31,258 bases of DNA from a virus (IMGVR_UViG_2718217862_000002), one strand, 5' to 3'. Counted from the stretch's first letter, positions 8,524 through 17,921 are shown. Notes: a model not told the origin generated them from the sequence alone. Numbers and translations are program-made.

Positions 8524-8934
8524 ATGAATAAATTTTATAAAGGCTCTTTCTATCCGAAAGCACTAAAAGAGGTATATATCAGCGCCGGTTCATGGCCTGA
8601 AAATGGCGTTGATGTTGATGATGAAACAATGGCAATTTACACAGGCGTAGCGCCACAAGGCAAAACGCTGGGGGCTGATAAAAATGGTAATCCTGCGTGG
8701 ATTGATATCCCGCCACTCTCCGCTGAACAACAGATTATTCAGGCTGAACAGAAAAGAACGGTATTGCGTTCTATGGCTGATAAGGAAATAGTCTGGAGAC
8801 AGGATGCTTTTGATGCGGAAATCGCGACGGCAGAAGAAACCGCCGCGTTATCTGAATGGAAAAAATACCGGGTGCTGCTGATGCGCGTTGATACCTCAAA
8901 AGCCCCCGATATTCTGTGGCCTCCGCAACCGTAA
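8524..8934 (+). CDS. Tail-fibre assembly protein (Tfa / P2 gpG family), 136 aa
   Basis: C-terminus EWKKYRVLLMRVDTSKAPDILWPPQP matches the conserved Tfa C-terminal motif (lambda Tfa / P2 G type, WRQYRVLLNRVDTSTAPD.WP); ATG at 8524 three nt after the cassette stop. Confidence 0.7.
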   Translation: MNKFYKGSFYPKALKEVYISAGSWPENGVDVDDETMAIYTGVAPQGKTLGADKNGNPAWIDIPPLSAEQQIIQAEQKRTVLRSMADKEIVWRQDAFDAEIATAEETAALSEWKKYRVLLMRVDTSKAPDILWPPQP

Positions 8935-8961
8935 CAAAAAGCCGCTGTTTGCGGCTTTCTC

Positions 8962-10074
8962 TTATATCCCCAGCGCAAGATAGGTGTAGCTGTCAATATT
9001 GTTTGCCGTACCGTTTCCACTCCAGCCATAGAGACTAAACCCGGTCTGCGTGTAATTAACAGATGTTACATACCGATGGTCAGCTGTGATTTTATGCGGA
9101 AGAACGATAAATGGGGTGACATTAAACGGTTTTTTAAAGCTTACCGTAGCATTGGTCGCCTGAACCGAGCCGTGCCCCCATTGCAGCAGCAATCCTCCCG
9201 GTAATTCAAAGTACCCATCAGCCTCCAGTAACCGTTCTCCAAATCCAAGGTATGCGAGAAGACCAGCTACATCCTTTCCACTCAAATGAGTCAGCGTCTC
9301 ATCCAGTGGCTGCTTACCTGACAGCGCATTGTTAATGGTGGTACTGAATTTCGGGTCATTGTTAATGGCTGCGGCAATTTCTTTCAGTGTGTCCAGCGTG
9401 GCTGGCGCACCGTTAATCAGAGCGGTAATAGCGGCCTGAACAAACGCAGTGGTCGCAATCCGCGTGGTGTTATTTCCTGCGGCAGGCGTCGGCGCTTTTG
9501 GTTCTCCGGTAAATGTCGGATTATGTTTCTGCGCATACTGGGTATGAGGATCCTGTGCGGCAATGTGGTTTCTCATCTGGTCATCCACATACAGCCTTAA
9601 TTCCAGGACTTCATCATCCACGTATTTACGGGTCGCCAGTACCACCGACGGGTCGATTTTCAGCGTGATAGCTTCGGTATTCGTGACAACCAGAATCATG
9701 CGGATAGTCTGGGTACGACCACTGCCTTCCTGCAACTGCGGTTTGTACGTTTCCGGGCAGTTCGCCACCGCAATGAGTACGCCTTCATCATCATAAAGCC
9801 CAATCTCACGGATCCAGAATCCGCCCTCGTTCTCAGGGATGATTTGCTCCGCAATAATCTGGCTCTGGTTGTTCGGGTCAACACTCAGAAGATTCAGCGG
9901 CGCGATGCGTTTCTGGTTAATCAGTTTTGTCTGTGCCGGGTCTGGTGTCGGCAAGACACCATTCGCATCACCAACGGCCATTTGCGTCAGATTCAGCTTA
10001 CTGCCGAGCATCGTCGCGTTAGCCAGCCGTGCTGCGCCCTGATTAGTCAGAATGGCGTAGTATTTCACTGTCAT
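8962..10074 (-). CDS. H: Tail fibre protein gpH, 370 aa (P2 H-like N-terminus, divergent shorter C-terminal region)
   Basis: N-terminus MTVKYYAILTNQGAARLANATMLGSKLNLTQMAVGDANG...GGFWIREIGLYDDEGVLIAVANCPETYKP recognisably P2 H-like; position between I and the tail-fibre accessory region. Confidence 0.85.
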   Translation of the reverse strand: MTVKYYAILTNQGAARLANATMLGSKLNLTQMAVGDANGVLPTPDPAQTKLINQKRIAPLNLLSVDPNNQSQIIAEQIIPENEGGFWIREIGLYDDEGVLIAVANCPETYKPQLQEGSGRTQTIRMILVVTNTEAITLKIDPSVVLATRKYVDDEVLELRLYVDDQMRNHIAAQDPHTQYAQKHNPTFTGEPKAPTPAAGNNTTRIATTAFVQAAITALINGAPATLDTLKEIAAAINNDPKFSTTINNALSGKQPLDETLTHLSGKDVAGLLAYLGFGERLLEADGYFELPGGLLLQWGHGSVQATNATVSFKKPFNVTPFIVLPHKITADHRYVTSVNYTQTGFSLYGWSGNGTANNIDSYTYLALGI

Positions 10075-10682
10075 GCGTTTACTCTCAGGTTATCAATTAA
10101 ATGAATGGCCGAGGCCGGGAAATAATCCCCTCCGACAATAATGGCCTCCGGGGTGTAGGGATAAACCGTCAGGGCGTCACCGTGATAGCATCCCGCACCG
10201 GCAAAAATGTTGCCGGTTGTACTTAAACTGATAGCCAGTCCCGTCAGATGGCGGCTTGCCGGTTTTGCATCAGCAACTAGGCGCTCCAGCTCCTGATACA
10301 TTTCCTCGGTAATACCCTGCTCAAGCACGCCAACAACGATACGGAACGTCCCCGGCTCCTCATTGAGTTGCCACCACTCCCTCACCTCAATCAGATAGCC
10401 GAGCGGCTCCACCACACGCCGGATTGCGCCTATAGTGCCCTTATGGCAGTGAATGAAATACGCATCGCGGATAACAGCGCGTTTTGTCGCTTCCGGCCAT
10501 TTATCATCCCAGCGGTCAACCGAAAATGACCACGCCAGCCACGGCAGCAGATTTGCCGGGCAGGTGTCCGGGTTCCACAGCTCACGAATACTGACCGGCG
10601 TTTTTTCAATTTCCGCACAGGCTTTTGCAGCAGCGACTTCAAGCGGTGATGAGCCGGTCGGCAGCAGGCGCGAATCACTCAT
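10071..10682 (-). CDS. I: Baseplate/tail formation protein gpI, 203 aa
   Basis: Synteny (between J and H) and sequence recognition. Confidence 0.8.
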   Translation of the reverse strand: MSDSRLLPTGSSPLEVAAAKACAEIEKTPVSIRELWNPDTCPANLLPWLAWSFSVDRWDDKWPEATKRAVIRDAYFIHCHKGTIGAIRRVVEPLGYLIEVREWWQLNEEPGTFRIVVGVLEQGITEEMYQELERLVADAKPASRHLTGLAISLSTTGNIFAGAGCYHGDALTVYPYTPEAIIVGGDYFPASAIHLIDNLRVNA

Positions 10683-11583
10683 CCGAGCCTCCGGTCACGA
10701 CGCGGTATTCGGTACAGAAAGACGCCTGCGTACTGTTGAGCACGATGTCGGCCAGTGGTGAAGCCAGTTCAACACGCTGCACGCCTTCCACATGCAAAGC
10801 GGCATAAATGGCAGACAGACGGATGTCACGCCCCAGCCGGTGCTGTGCCGTGATGTACGCTTCCAGTTTTTTCACGGCGGCAGCGCGTATGGGTTCGCTT
10901 TCGGGACCAGGGTAAAGGTAAAGCGTGGCGTTTATCTGGTATTCAACGATGGCGGCAGACTGCACGGTCACGCGGTCGGCCACCGGCCTGACGTCCTCGC
11001 CATTAAGGGCGTTACGCACCACAGCCAGCAGGTCTTCGGATGCGACGCCGTTATTTTCACGTGACAGCACAGAGATGGTGACGCAGGCCGGAGACGGACT
11101 GGTGACAGAGATATCCGCGACACGCCCGTCAGCACTGCGACCATGATACTGATAGGCCCCCACCGACCCGGCGACGCTTAAACCTTCAAACGCCTGCTGA
11201 ATACGCAGACGATAATCGGTATCAGATTCCATCACTGCCGGTGTCGGCGGGAGGGTCGAATCATCTGCCGGGGTGATAATCAGGCGCGTGGTGTTGTAAT
11301 TGGCACCAATCACATCAAGGTCATTACCGGCGGCACAGGCCAGCATCACCGCCCGTGCGGCCTCATTCACACGCTGACGCCAGATAAGCTCACGATAAGC
11401 ATTTTCCTCCAGCAGTTTGACGAGAGGCTCGGATTCCAGCGTCAGGGTACGGGCGACCGCCTCCTGCTGGTCTTCCGGGTAAAGGGAAATCAGTGTCGCC
11501 TTGCGTTCGGCAAGAATGGTTTCAAAGTCCAGCTCCTCGACCACATCCGGTGCGGGTAGCTGGTTCAGGTCGATAATCGGCAT
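10675..11583 (-). CDS. J: Baseplate assembly protein gpJ, 302 aa
   Basis: Size identical to P2 gpJ; synteny W-J-I. Confidence 0.9.
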   Translation of the reverse strand: MPIIDLNQLPAPDVVEELDFETILAERKATLISLYPEDQQEAVARTLTLESEPLVKLLEENAYRELIWRQRVNEAARAVMLACAAGNDLDVIGANYNTTRLIITPADDSTLPPTPAVMESDTDYRLRIQQAFEGLSVAGSVGAYQYHGRSADGRVADISVTSPSPACVTISVLSRENNGVASEDLLAVVRNALNGEDVRPVADRVTVQSAAIVEYQINATLYLYPGPESEPIRAAAVKKLEAYITAQHRLGRDIRLSAIYAALHVEGVQRVELASPLADIVLNSTQASFCTEYRVVTGGSDE

Positions 11584-11587
11584 GGTT

Positions 11588-11935
11588 TCAACTCACAGGG
11601 ATGGTTAATGAAAGTGGCTGGCCGGTGTCGTTGTGCTGGCCTGTCAAAGTGACCGTCATTCGCCCGTCAAAGCTGCGCGCCGTGGTGACGGATGACAGGG
11701 TGACGCGGGGTTCCCATTTCAGCACCGCCATGTAACAGGCGACCTTAATCTGCAACTCAAGCGCCGGGGTCTGCGGCTGGTCAATCATTGACGCTAGCAA
11801 CGAGCCGTAATCACGACGCATCACCCGTGAGCCGACGGGGGTACGCAGGATATCGCCGATACTCTGGCTGATATGCTCAAGGTCAGTGACAGTCAGGCCA
11901 TCACTGCGATTCATTCCGAGATAACGCGCTGTCAT
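11588..11935 (-). CDS. W: Baseplate protein gpW, 115 aa
   Basis: Size identical to P2 gpW; synteny. Confidence 0.85.
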   Translation of the reverse strand: MTARYLGMNRSDGLTVTDLEHISQSIGDILRTPVGSRVMRRDYGSLLASMIDQPQTPALELQIKVACYMAVLKWEPRVTLSSVTTARSFDGRMTVTLTGQHNDTGQPLSLTIPVS

Positions 11936-12567
11936 AGAGGACTCCCGGTTGTGCCGCCGCTGTCGCCGGGGTGTTTGTGGGTATGCAGTACCTTCCCGTT
12001 TGATGAGAGTTCACCGCCGGTGTGTTCAATGTTGCCGCGCATCGTCCCGCCCTTCTGCACTTCCAGCGTGCCGGTAGTCAGTTTGTTAGTGCAGACCACT
12101 TCCGGTGTGTCCAGGGTGACACGGGTTGACGCTTTCACCGTGACCACCGGTACCGTGGCAGTAACAGAATCAGAAGCCGTCACGCTGGCCGTTTTGATTC
12201 CGCTTACCGTGAGTGCACTGGTTTCGGGTTCATACTCAATCACCGCCCCGTCAGGGAAACGGATATGCAGTGCATCCGCCGACGCAGACGGCGCAGGGTT
12301 ATCGCCGGAATAAATCCCCGGCAGAACAAACGCCGTGTCAAGTTCACCGCCCACGGCCAGAATCAGCACCTGCTCCCCCACGGAAGGTGCCCACCATGTG
12401 CGCGAACGCCCGGCACGACAGGTCAGCCACTGAAGCCAGTCGGTGCACATGCCGCCGGTCTGCACACGGCAGCGACCGGCTTTAAGGTCGGTTTCGACGA
12501 CAAGGCCGGTACGAATCATGTTGCGCAGTGCGCGCGCGAGTTCCTGAATATTTGCGAGAGTGTTCAT
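11932..12567 (-). CDS. V: Baseplate spike/assembly protein gpV, 211 aa
   Basis: Size identical to P2 gpV; synteny. Confidence 0.85.
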   Translation of the reverse strand: MNTLANIQELARALRNMIRTGLVVETDLKAGRCRVQTGGMCTDWLQWLTCRAGRSRTWWAPSVGEQVLILAVGGELDTAFVLPGIYSGDNPAPSASADALHIRFPDGAVIEYEPETSALTVSGIKTASVTASDSVTATVPVVTVKASTRVTLDTPEVVCTNKLTTGTLEVQKGGTMRGNIEHTGGELSSNGKVLHTHKHPGDSGGTTGSPL

Positions 12568-12633
12568 AACGGGAAGGATGCCGCCGGGTCATACCGGCGG
12601 CAATGTGACGATGAGGTGTCGGGAATGGCACAA

Positions 12634-13086
12634 CTAACGGTCGAGGTGCGCCAGAATAATCTCTTCAATCATCTGCACATCCTCACCGGTAAAGCCGAGC
12701 AGAGGACGCGCCGGATAATCAATTTTCTTACCGTCTTTCCGGGTTTCTTCCGACAGACCGAACTGATGCACACTGGCGATTTTCGGCGACTTCCCGCCGT
12801 AAAATTCCATTGATACCTGTTCCGGGCTGGCGCGGATATGCAAAAAACGACTGGTGATAAGTTTCGCAAACATTTTTCGCTTAACGCGACCGGTCTTTTT
12901 TCTGGCGCTCTGCTGCTGACGTGGCGCGTAGGGTGTGCCGTCCGGGGCTTTCTGTGCCATCACCCGACGCTGCTGACTCTGACGCAGACGTTTTGCCAGT
13001 TCGGCGCTCAGTCGCCGACGCCCTGACGGTGACAGCGATTCAATCAGTCCGGTCAGCCGGTCTTCAAAACGCTTAAACTCATTCAT
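12634..13086 (-). CDS. S: Tail completion protein gpS, 150 aa
   Basis: Size and synteny match P2 gpS. Confidence 0.85.
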   Translation of the reverse strand: MNEFKRFEDRLTGLIESLSPSGRRRLSAELAKRLRQSQQRRVMAQKAPDGTPYAPRQQQSARKKTGRVKRKMFAKLITSRFLHIRASPEQVSMEFYGGKSPKIASVHQFGLSEETRKDGKKIDYPARPLLGFTGEDVQMIEEIILAHLDR

Positions 13087-13546
13087 CCCACTTGCTCACC
13101 AGTTCGCCATTGATATAAAGCTCCGCCGGGCGGGTGACCGGCTCCGGCGGCGGGGGTTCCGGGATATTCTTCACATGCAGCGCGCCGTCAACCTCGCTGA
13201 CCAGCGTGCGCTCGGTCAGCATCAGACTGATGCTGATATCAAAGCTGCTGTCATTGTTGATGTCTGCATAAAACGTGAAGCCCTTTTTCTGACCTTCGTC
13301 AGTGGTCATGATGTCGGGCTGATTTTCCCGCAGCCACGCCAGCACCGGCACGATGAGCAGGTCAAAATCACCGGTAAAGTCGGTCACAATCACATTGAGC
13401 GTGTAACGCTTTTCGAACGACAGCGACGTCGCCAGCGTGGAGGCAATACTCCCGTTATCCACGAATATCCGAAGCATCTCTGGACTGGTTTTCAGCACCG
13501 TGACGGCATCAGTCAGCGCCCTGCGCAGGCTGTCGGGTTTGAGCAT
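13079..13546 (-). CDS. R: Tail completion protein gpR, 155 aa
   Basis: Size and synteny match P2 gpR. Confidence 0.85.
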   Translation of the reverse strand: MLKPDSLRRALTDAVTVLKTSPEMLRIFVDNGSIASTLATSLSFEKRYTLNVIVTDFTGDFDLLIVPVLAWLRENQPDIMTTDEGQKKGFTFYADINNDSSFDISISLMLTERTLVSEVDGALHVKNIPEPPPPEPVTRPAELYINGELVSKWDE

Positions 13547-13799
13547 CGTTTTCGTCCTGACAGTGTTTAATCATTTTTACCTGGCTGGCACAGCGTGCCA
13601 GCGCGTTCTCAAGCTGCCGGAGATCGGCACTTAAATCGCCGTTCGTCTCCGGATCACTGCCCGGCATCGGGCAAAGACTCACTTTCGGGCAGGCGTTGTG
13701 GACAATCACTGGCGTCGGTGCAGGCCGGACGCTGGTGCAACCGGCGCACAGCATCAGGCAGGTCAGCACCATACCAGCGGCGAAAATCTTCGTTTTCAT
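13509..13799 (-). CDS. lysC: Rz1-like outer-membrane lipoprotein spanin LysC, about 96 aa, overlapping the 3' part of lysB in another frame
   Basis: Internal ATG at 13799 gives MKTKIFAAGMVLTCLMLCAGCTSVRPAPTP...: signal peptide plus lipobox-like Cys, Pro-rich, in the out-of-frame overlap position typical of Rz1-type genes. Confidence 0.6.
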   Translation of the reverse strand: MKTKIFAAGMVLTCLMLCAGCTSVRPAPTPVIVHNACPKVSLCPMPGSDPETNGDLSADLRQLENALARCASQVKMIKHCQDENDAQTRQPAQGAD

Positions 13800-14079
13800 T
13801 GAGTAACCTCGTGATGGTTTTCTCGCGCTGTGCTTCACGCTTCGCGGCGTTCTCCAGTTCCTGACGCAGTGCCACCTGCGCCAGCTCGTTTTTGTCTGCC
13901 CTGGTGAGCGCAACATGAAGCTGATTTTTCAGCATGGTGATGGTCGTCTGCTGCCCTCTGGCGACGTTGTTCACCCTGTCCAGCGAGGCGCGCAGGCTGG
14001 CGTTTTCATGCTTCGCCAGAAACAGCCCCGCCACCGCCAGCGATAACAACACAACCATCACAATCATCAGCTTTGACAT
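13654..14079 (-). CDS. lysB: Rz-like inner-membrane spanin LysB, 141 aa
   Basis: N-terminal transmembrane segment (MSKLMIVMVVLLSLAVAGLFLA) followed by charged coiled-coil region; size and position match P2 LysB. Confidence 0.8.
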   Translation of the reverse strand: MSKLMIVMVVLLSLAVAGLFLAKHENASLRASLDRVNNVARGQQTTITMLKNQLHVALTRADKNELAQVALRQELENAAKREAQREKTITRLLNENEDFRRWYGADLPDAVRRLHQRPACTDASDCPQRLPESESLPDAGQ

Positions 14080-14492
14080 GGTTCCCGCCCCTCAAAACGC
14101 TGACGGCAGGCCGTACGTATCAGCCGGAAGAACACCGACGCCACGAGATAAATCAGCGCGGTAAAAATCCACCCGGCAGCGACCAGCGAGATAAATGTCG
14201 CCACCATCACCACCAGAGCCGCCGCCCGTCTGCACCACGGCACCGGCTGCAAAAACAGCGACATGACAATCTTCACGGCCAGCGACTCCGGTGGCAGCTC
14301 CCGCCCGTAGCGTTCCAGCACATACTCCGAGGCATACACCCCGACACCACCGGCAACCACACAGATAACCGTCGCCAGAATCGCCCAGGCAGCGACAAAA
14401 TTGACGGCCACGCTCTGCGGGTAAATCAGGGACAGTGCCAGCATCAGCGCCAGCGACACGTTCAGCATCAGTGAAAGGGATAATTTCTTCAT
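14067..14492 (-). CDS. lysA: Lysis timing/regulatory membrane protein LysA, 141 aa
   Basis: Multi-pass hydrophobic protein between K and lysB; size matches P2 LysA. Confidence 0.75.
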   Translation of the reverse strand: MKKLSLSLMLNVSLALMLALSLIYPQSVAVNFVAAWAILATVICVVAGGVGVYASEYVLERYGRELPPESLAVKIVMSLFLQPVPWCRRAAALVVMVATFISLVAAGWIFTALIYLVASVFFRLIRTACRQRFEGREPCQS

Positions 14493-14506
14493 GGTGTTTA
14501 CTCCGT

Positions 14507-15004
14507 TTAAGCCGGTACGCCGCCGGCGGTACGCCAGACGGTGACCAGTTTTTCCAGTGAATGCTCACGCTGACCGTAACCGGCTCCCGGCAGGGACGCC
14601 CAGATATTGCGACAGCGTGAAATGGCGCGCTCAATGCGTCCCGCCCGGATGTCATCCAGTGCACCGCGTTCGCGGATCAACTGAATGGCGAGTCTGTCCT
14701 GTGACAACGGACTGAAATCCGGCAGGGCAAGTTGTTTGCGGTAATGCGGCCAGAACAGGTAAAGCTGCTGATAGCGACCGGAGGCCGTGGATTTTTCACC
14801 GCGACGGTTAAACACCTTCGCCGGTCGGCCATGTGCGAACGGGTGGTCACTGTAGTCGGTGAAGATTTCCGGCTTCCCGTCCAGTCCGGTGACTATCACG
14901 TCATAGCCCCGGTTTTTCGTCAGCGGATGATTCGCCGTCCCTTCGGACACGGCCAGCATGTCGAGAAAGGCAGCGATATTCTGATGCGTGTTGATTACCG
15001 GCAT
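14507..15004 (-). CDS. K: Endolysin (lysozyme) gpK, 165 aa
   Basis: MPVINTHQNIAAFLDMLAVSEGTANHPLTKNRGYDVIVTGLDGKPEIFTDYSDHPF... recognised as P2-type lysozyme; size matches. Confidence 0.9.
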   Translation of the reverse strand: MPVINTHQNIAAFLDMLAVSEGTANHPLTKNRGYDVIVTGLDGKPEIFTDYSDHPFAHGRPAKVFNRRGEKSTASGRYQQLYLFWPHYRKQLALPDFSPLSQDRLAIQLIRERGALDDIRAGRIERAISRCRNIWASLPGAGYGQREHSLEKLVTVWRTAGGVPA

Positions 15005-15285
15005 TACGGTTTCCCCCTGCCCTTAAAGCGGCGCTGAATGGCAATCTCAATCACCTGATAACCGGCGATACCCAGCATGGAGCCGATGCCGCACACCGCA
15101 GGCAGTGACAGGTCAGGAAACTGCACCAGAACAACACCGGCAACCATCGAGACAAAACCACCGAGCAACATGCGCCCGATAAACAGACGCGGGGTGATGG
15201 GTTCACCACCGGCAAGCACCTTGCCGACAACAATCAGCACCCCAATCATGAAAAGCGACAGGACGCTTTTTTCTTCTGCTGTCAT
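15004..15285 (-). CDS. Y: Holin gpY, 93 aa
   Basis: Small protein with hydrophobic transmembrane segments directly upstream of the endolysin; size matches P2 gpY. Confidence 0.8.
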   Translation of the reverse strand: MTAEEKSVLSLFMIGVLIVVGKVLAGGEPITPRLFIGRMLLGGFVSMVAGVVLVQFPDLSLPAVCGIGSMLGIAGYQVIEIAIQRRFKGRGKP

Positions 15286-15288
15286 GCG

Positions 15289-15492
15289 TTACTCCCACAG
15301 ATTGACAGTTTCAGCCACGGGCGCGGTCTGAACGTCGGGCAGTTCGACGGCGGTGCCGTGCGGCAGCACCGCGCCCAGTTCAGCCAGTCCCGGATTTGCG
15401 GCGAGCACGGCCTCGACCACGCCCTCAGTGCGCCCGTAATACCGGACACAAATGGCGTCGAGCGTGTCGCCCTGTAGCGCAAAGGTCTTCAT
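15289..15492 (-). CDS. X: Tail protein gpX, 67 aa
   Basis: MKTFALQGDTLDAICVRYYGRTEGVVEAVLAANPGLAELG... recognised as P2 gpX; ATG at 15492 overlaps the L stop. Confidence 0.8.
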   Translation of the reverse strand: MKTFALQGDTLDAICVRYYGRTEGVVEAVLAANPGLAELGAVLPHGTAVELPDVQTAPVAETVNLWE

Positions 15493-16001
15493 CAGATTTG
15501 ACTCACGATGCAACGCGGCTTGTCCTGGATACGCGCCACCGCCCAGCGCATATCCCGCCACAGTTCATCAATGGTGCTGTCAATGCTGTCAGCCTTCTTG
15601 TCGCCTTTCGCACTGGCATCCACGCCGCGATAACGCTCATAAAGCGACGCGGTCGCCATCGCACACACGGCGCGCTCGTAGTAAAAAACTTTGATGCTTT
15701 CACCGTCGATGTCGTCCGCCGGAACGTCCGCCAGACGCGTAAAACCGGCGGCAATTTTCTGTTCGCGGTACTCGTACAGCTCCGCATTCGTCTCCGCCAT
15801 GCCTGACTTGATGGCCTCACGCAGACGGGCGGGGGCGACGGTCTGCTCAAGGCGCATACGTTCCCGGACGCGCTTCGGGTCGATATCGGGAAAAAAGAAC
15901 GTGTTTTTAATCACCGGCTCGTCGCCTGCCGGTTGCGGGATGACCACCGTACCCTCACCGGACACGGGAGCCTCCTTTCGCGGAATAATCAGCGTCATCA
16001 T
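15492..16001 (-). CDS. L: Capsid completion protein gpL, 169 aa
   Basis: Start at MMTLIIPRKE (ATG at 16001); size matches P2 gpL. Confidence 0.85.
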   Translation of the reverse strand: MMTLIIPRKEAPVSGEGTVVIPQPAGDEPVIKNTFFFPDIDPKRVRERMRLEQTVAPARLREAIKSGMAETNAELYEYREQKIAAGFTRLADVPADDIDGESIKVFYYERAVCAMATASLYERYRGVDASAKGDKKADSIDSTIDELWRDMRWAVARIQDKPRCIVSQI

Positions 16002-16100
16002 GACTACCTCTGAAAAGTCGGGCGGTGGACGCCGGTGCAGTGTCAGGTGATTCACCCTCACTGACCGGCGTGCCGCCCTGGCGCGGGGCGCATTCGGTTG

Positions 16101-16844
16101 TTAACTGGCTTTCTTTTTCGGGCGTCCACGTTTTGCCGGTGTCGCACTCCGGCTCTTACGCGGGGCGCGGGTGGCCGCTTTTGGCTGCGGCTCCGGCTTC
16201 GGTTTCAGCTCCCGCTCCAGTCGTTCAATCTCTTTTTTGACGCCTGCCTGACAGTCGAGCTGTGTCGCACGTTGCAGGTGCGCCAGCGCACCGGCGGCAT
16301 CACCAGCGTCACGCAGAAACAGACCGGTGATTTTGTGCAGCTTTGCGCGCACTTCATCAGGCATGTCAGCCGTGGCGGTCAGTTCAAGGGTCTCCGTCAG
16401 CAGGCGGGTATCCACGGATTCACCGGCAGCGTGGGCGCGCATGGCCGCGAGTGCCACTTCCTCGGTGAACATGTACGGCGGGGTGCGGCGGTGTTTCCCC
16501 GGCATGGTCAGACCGTATTTCAGGGCATAACGGGCAATCTCCAGCGCACCGGCAATATCGCCGGTATCCAGACGCCACAGCATGACCGTCATCAGAATGT
16601 CATCCTGTGCACCTTTGCCCTGCTCCAGCACGCCGTTCACCCACGGCAACCAGAACGGCAGCAGTTCGCGTTTTTTCGCGGCCTTAAGCTCTTTTGAATA
16701 AATCGCTTTCAGTGTGCGCTGGTCTGCGGCGAGCTTAACCAGCATCTGCTCATAGACAGTTGCATGTCGCAGCGGGGCGGCTTCCCGCTGCGCGGTCATC
16801 GCTGCCGAGACCCGCATCATGTGGCGCTGTGCGGGACTCGTCAT
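16101..16844 (-). CDS. M: Terminase small (endonuclease) subunit gpM, 247 aa
   Basis: Size identical to P2 gpM; synteny N-M-L; basic C-terminal tail. Confidence 0.9.
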   Translation of the reverse strand: MTSPAQRHMMRVSAAMTAQREAAPLRHATVYEQMLVKLAADQRTLKAIYSKELKAAKKRELLPFWLPWVNGVLEQGKGAQDDILMTVMLWRLDTGDIAGALEIARYALKYGLTMPGKHRRTPPYMFTEEVALAAMRAHAAGESVDTRLLTETLELTATADMPDEVRAKLHKITGLFLRDAGDAAGALAHLQRATQLDCQAGVKKEIERLERELKPKPEPQPKAATRAPRKSRSATPAKRGRPKKKAS

Positions 16845-16847
16845 CGG

Positions 16848-17921
16848 TTACGCTCCCGGCTCTGCGGTCGCTTTAGCCGGTGTGGAAAAATCACCGACCT
16901 TAATTTTTTCCACCAGACAACCGGCGGCGTAGTCTTCCACCACGTAATCAATGTTCATTGACTCGTAGTTCTCCACGCGGTCGAGTTTCGGGTTTTCCAC
17001 AATCACGCGGCGATGGCTGTCATCCATGTAGTAGATGGACAGGTTTTCCAGCTTTGTGATGAGCATCGCATCCGCCGGGAAGTACGGGACGCGTACCGCC
17101 GGCAGGTTACCGATGCGTTTCTGGCTGATGATGACGTCAGCGGCCAGCATTTCGCTGTTGTCCTGCTCCTTGTTGACGATGGGAAAATACTTGTCTGCCA
17201 GTAGCTGACGTCCCACAATCACCACAAGGTCAGGGTCTTCCTGATACCACGGCTCAATCAGGTTGTTGGTCGCATCCATCACCAGTGCGTCAAGGCTGGC
17301 ATAATCACCGCCCTTACCCACGCGGATAACCTCAGAGGTGGTGTGCCCTTCCTCGTCAGTGACCTTGCTCATCACGCGCGCCGGTGCTTCATTGCGGTAT
17401 TTCTGCAGCCAGCCGACCGCCACATCCTGCAGCATCGGGTTACTGCTGCGGTCAGAGGTTTCGGCACGCCTCACGCCGTTAAAACCGGCCATGATTAAAT
17501 CAAGGGACTGGCGTTTGATAATGGCGTTACGGACACGGAGCTGGAAATCCTGATAACGCGCCCACAGGTCCAGCGTTTTGTAGCGGATATAAAAATCGAA
17601 GTTAATCTGGTCGCATTCGTACTTGTTTGACGCCAGCTTCGAGAAGTCCTTCGGCTGACGCTCGGTGCCACCGGCGGTGTCGGTGGTGCTGGCGATGGAG
17701 CCGGTGACACCAATACCAATTTTTTCCCCTTTCATTTCGCTGACCGGCACAATGTTGATGCGGGTCAGAAAGTCAGAGGACTCCTGCATGGTGTTCATCA
17801 GGGTCTGGGTGACCGACGGTTCAACGGTGAATTTTTTCGACACATCACCGGCGTCGATGCCGTTCAGTTCGGCAACACGGGACAGGTAGGCATTAAATTT
17901 AAAGCGGGTTTCCTGGCGCAT
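16848..17921 (-). CDS. N: Major capsid protein gpN, 357 aa
   Basis: Size identical to P2 gpN; synteny O-N-M. Confidence 0.9.
   Translation of the reverse strand: MRQETRFKFNAYLSRVAELNGIDAGDVSKKFTVEPSVTQTLMNTMQESSDFLTRINIVPVSEMKGEKIGIGVTGSIASTTDTAGGTERQPKDFSKLASNKYECDQINFDFYIRYKTLDLWARYQDFQLRVRNAIIKRQSLDLIMAGFNGVRRAETSDRSSNPMLQDVAVGWLQKYRNEAPARVMSKVTDEEGHTTSEVIRVGKGGDYASLDALVMDATNNLIEPWYQEDPDLVVIVGRQLLADKYFPIVNKEQDNSEMLAADVIISQKRIGNLPAVRVPYFPADAMLITKLENLSIYYMDDSHRRVIVENPKLDRVENYESMNIDYVVEDYAAGCLVEKIKVGDFSTPAKATAEPGA

Noticed and set aside
9118-9145. A/T-rich near-palindrome TTAAACGGTTTTTTAAAG inside H considered as the missing Sc/Sv recombination site
   Set aside because: It lies only 55 codons before the H stop, inside the region that is already homologous to the alternate cassette C-terminus, so it is in the wrong place for a constant/variable junction; similarity to hix is weak.
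14092-14664. 190-aa minus-strand ORF overlapping lysA and the end of K in another frame
   Set aside because: Alternative frame over two genes whose sizes and order match P2; Gly/Arg/Cys-rich translation looks non-protein-like.
16098-16697. 199-aa plus-strand ORF antisense to terminase small subunit M
   Set aside because: Shadow ORF in GC-rich coding DNA; no support.
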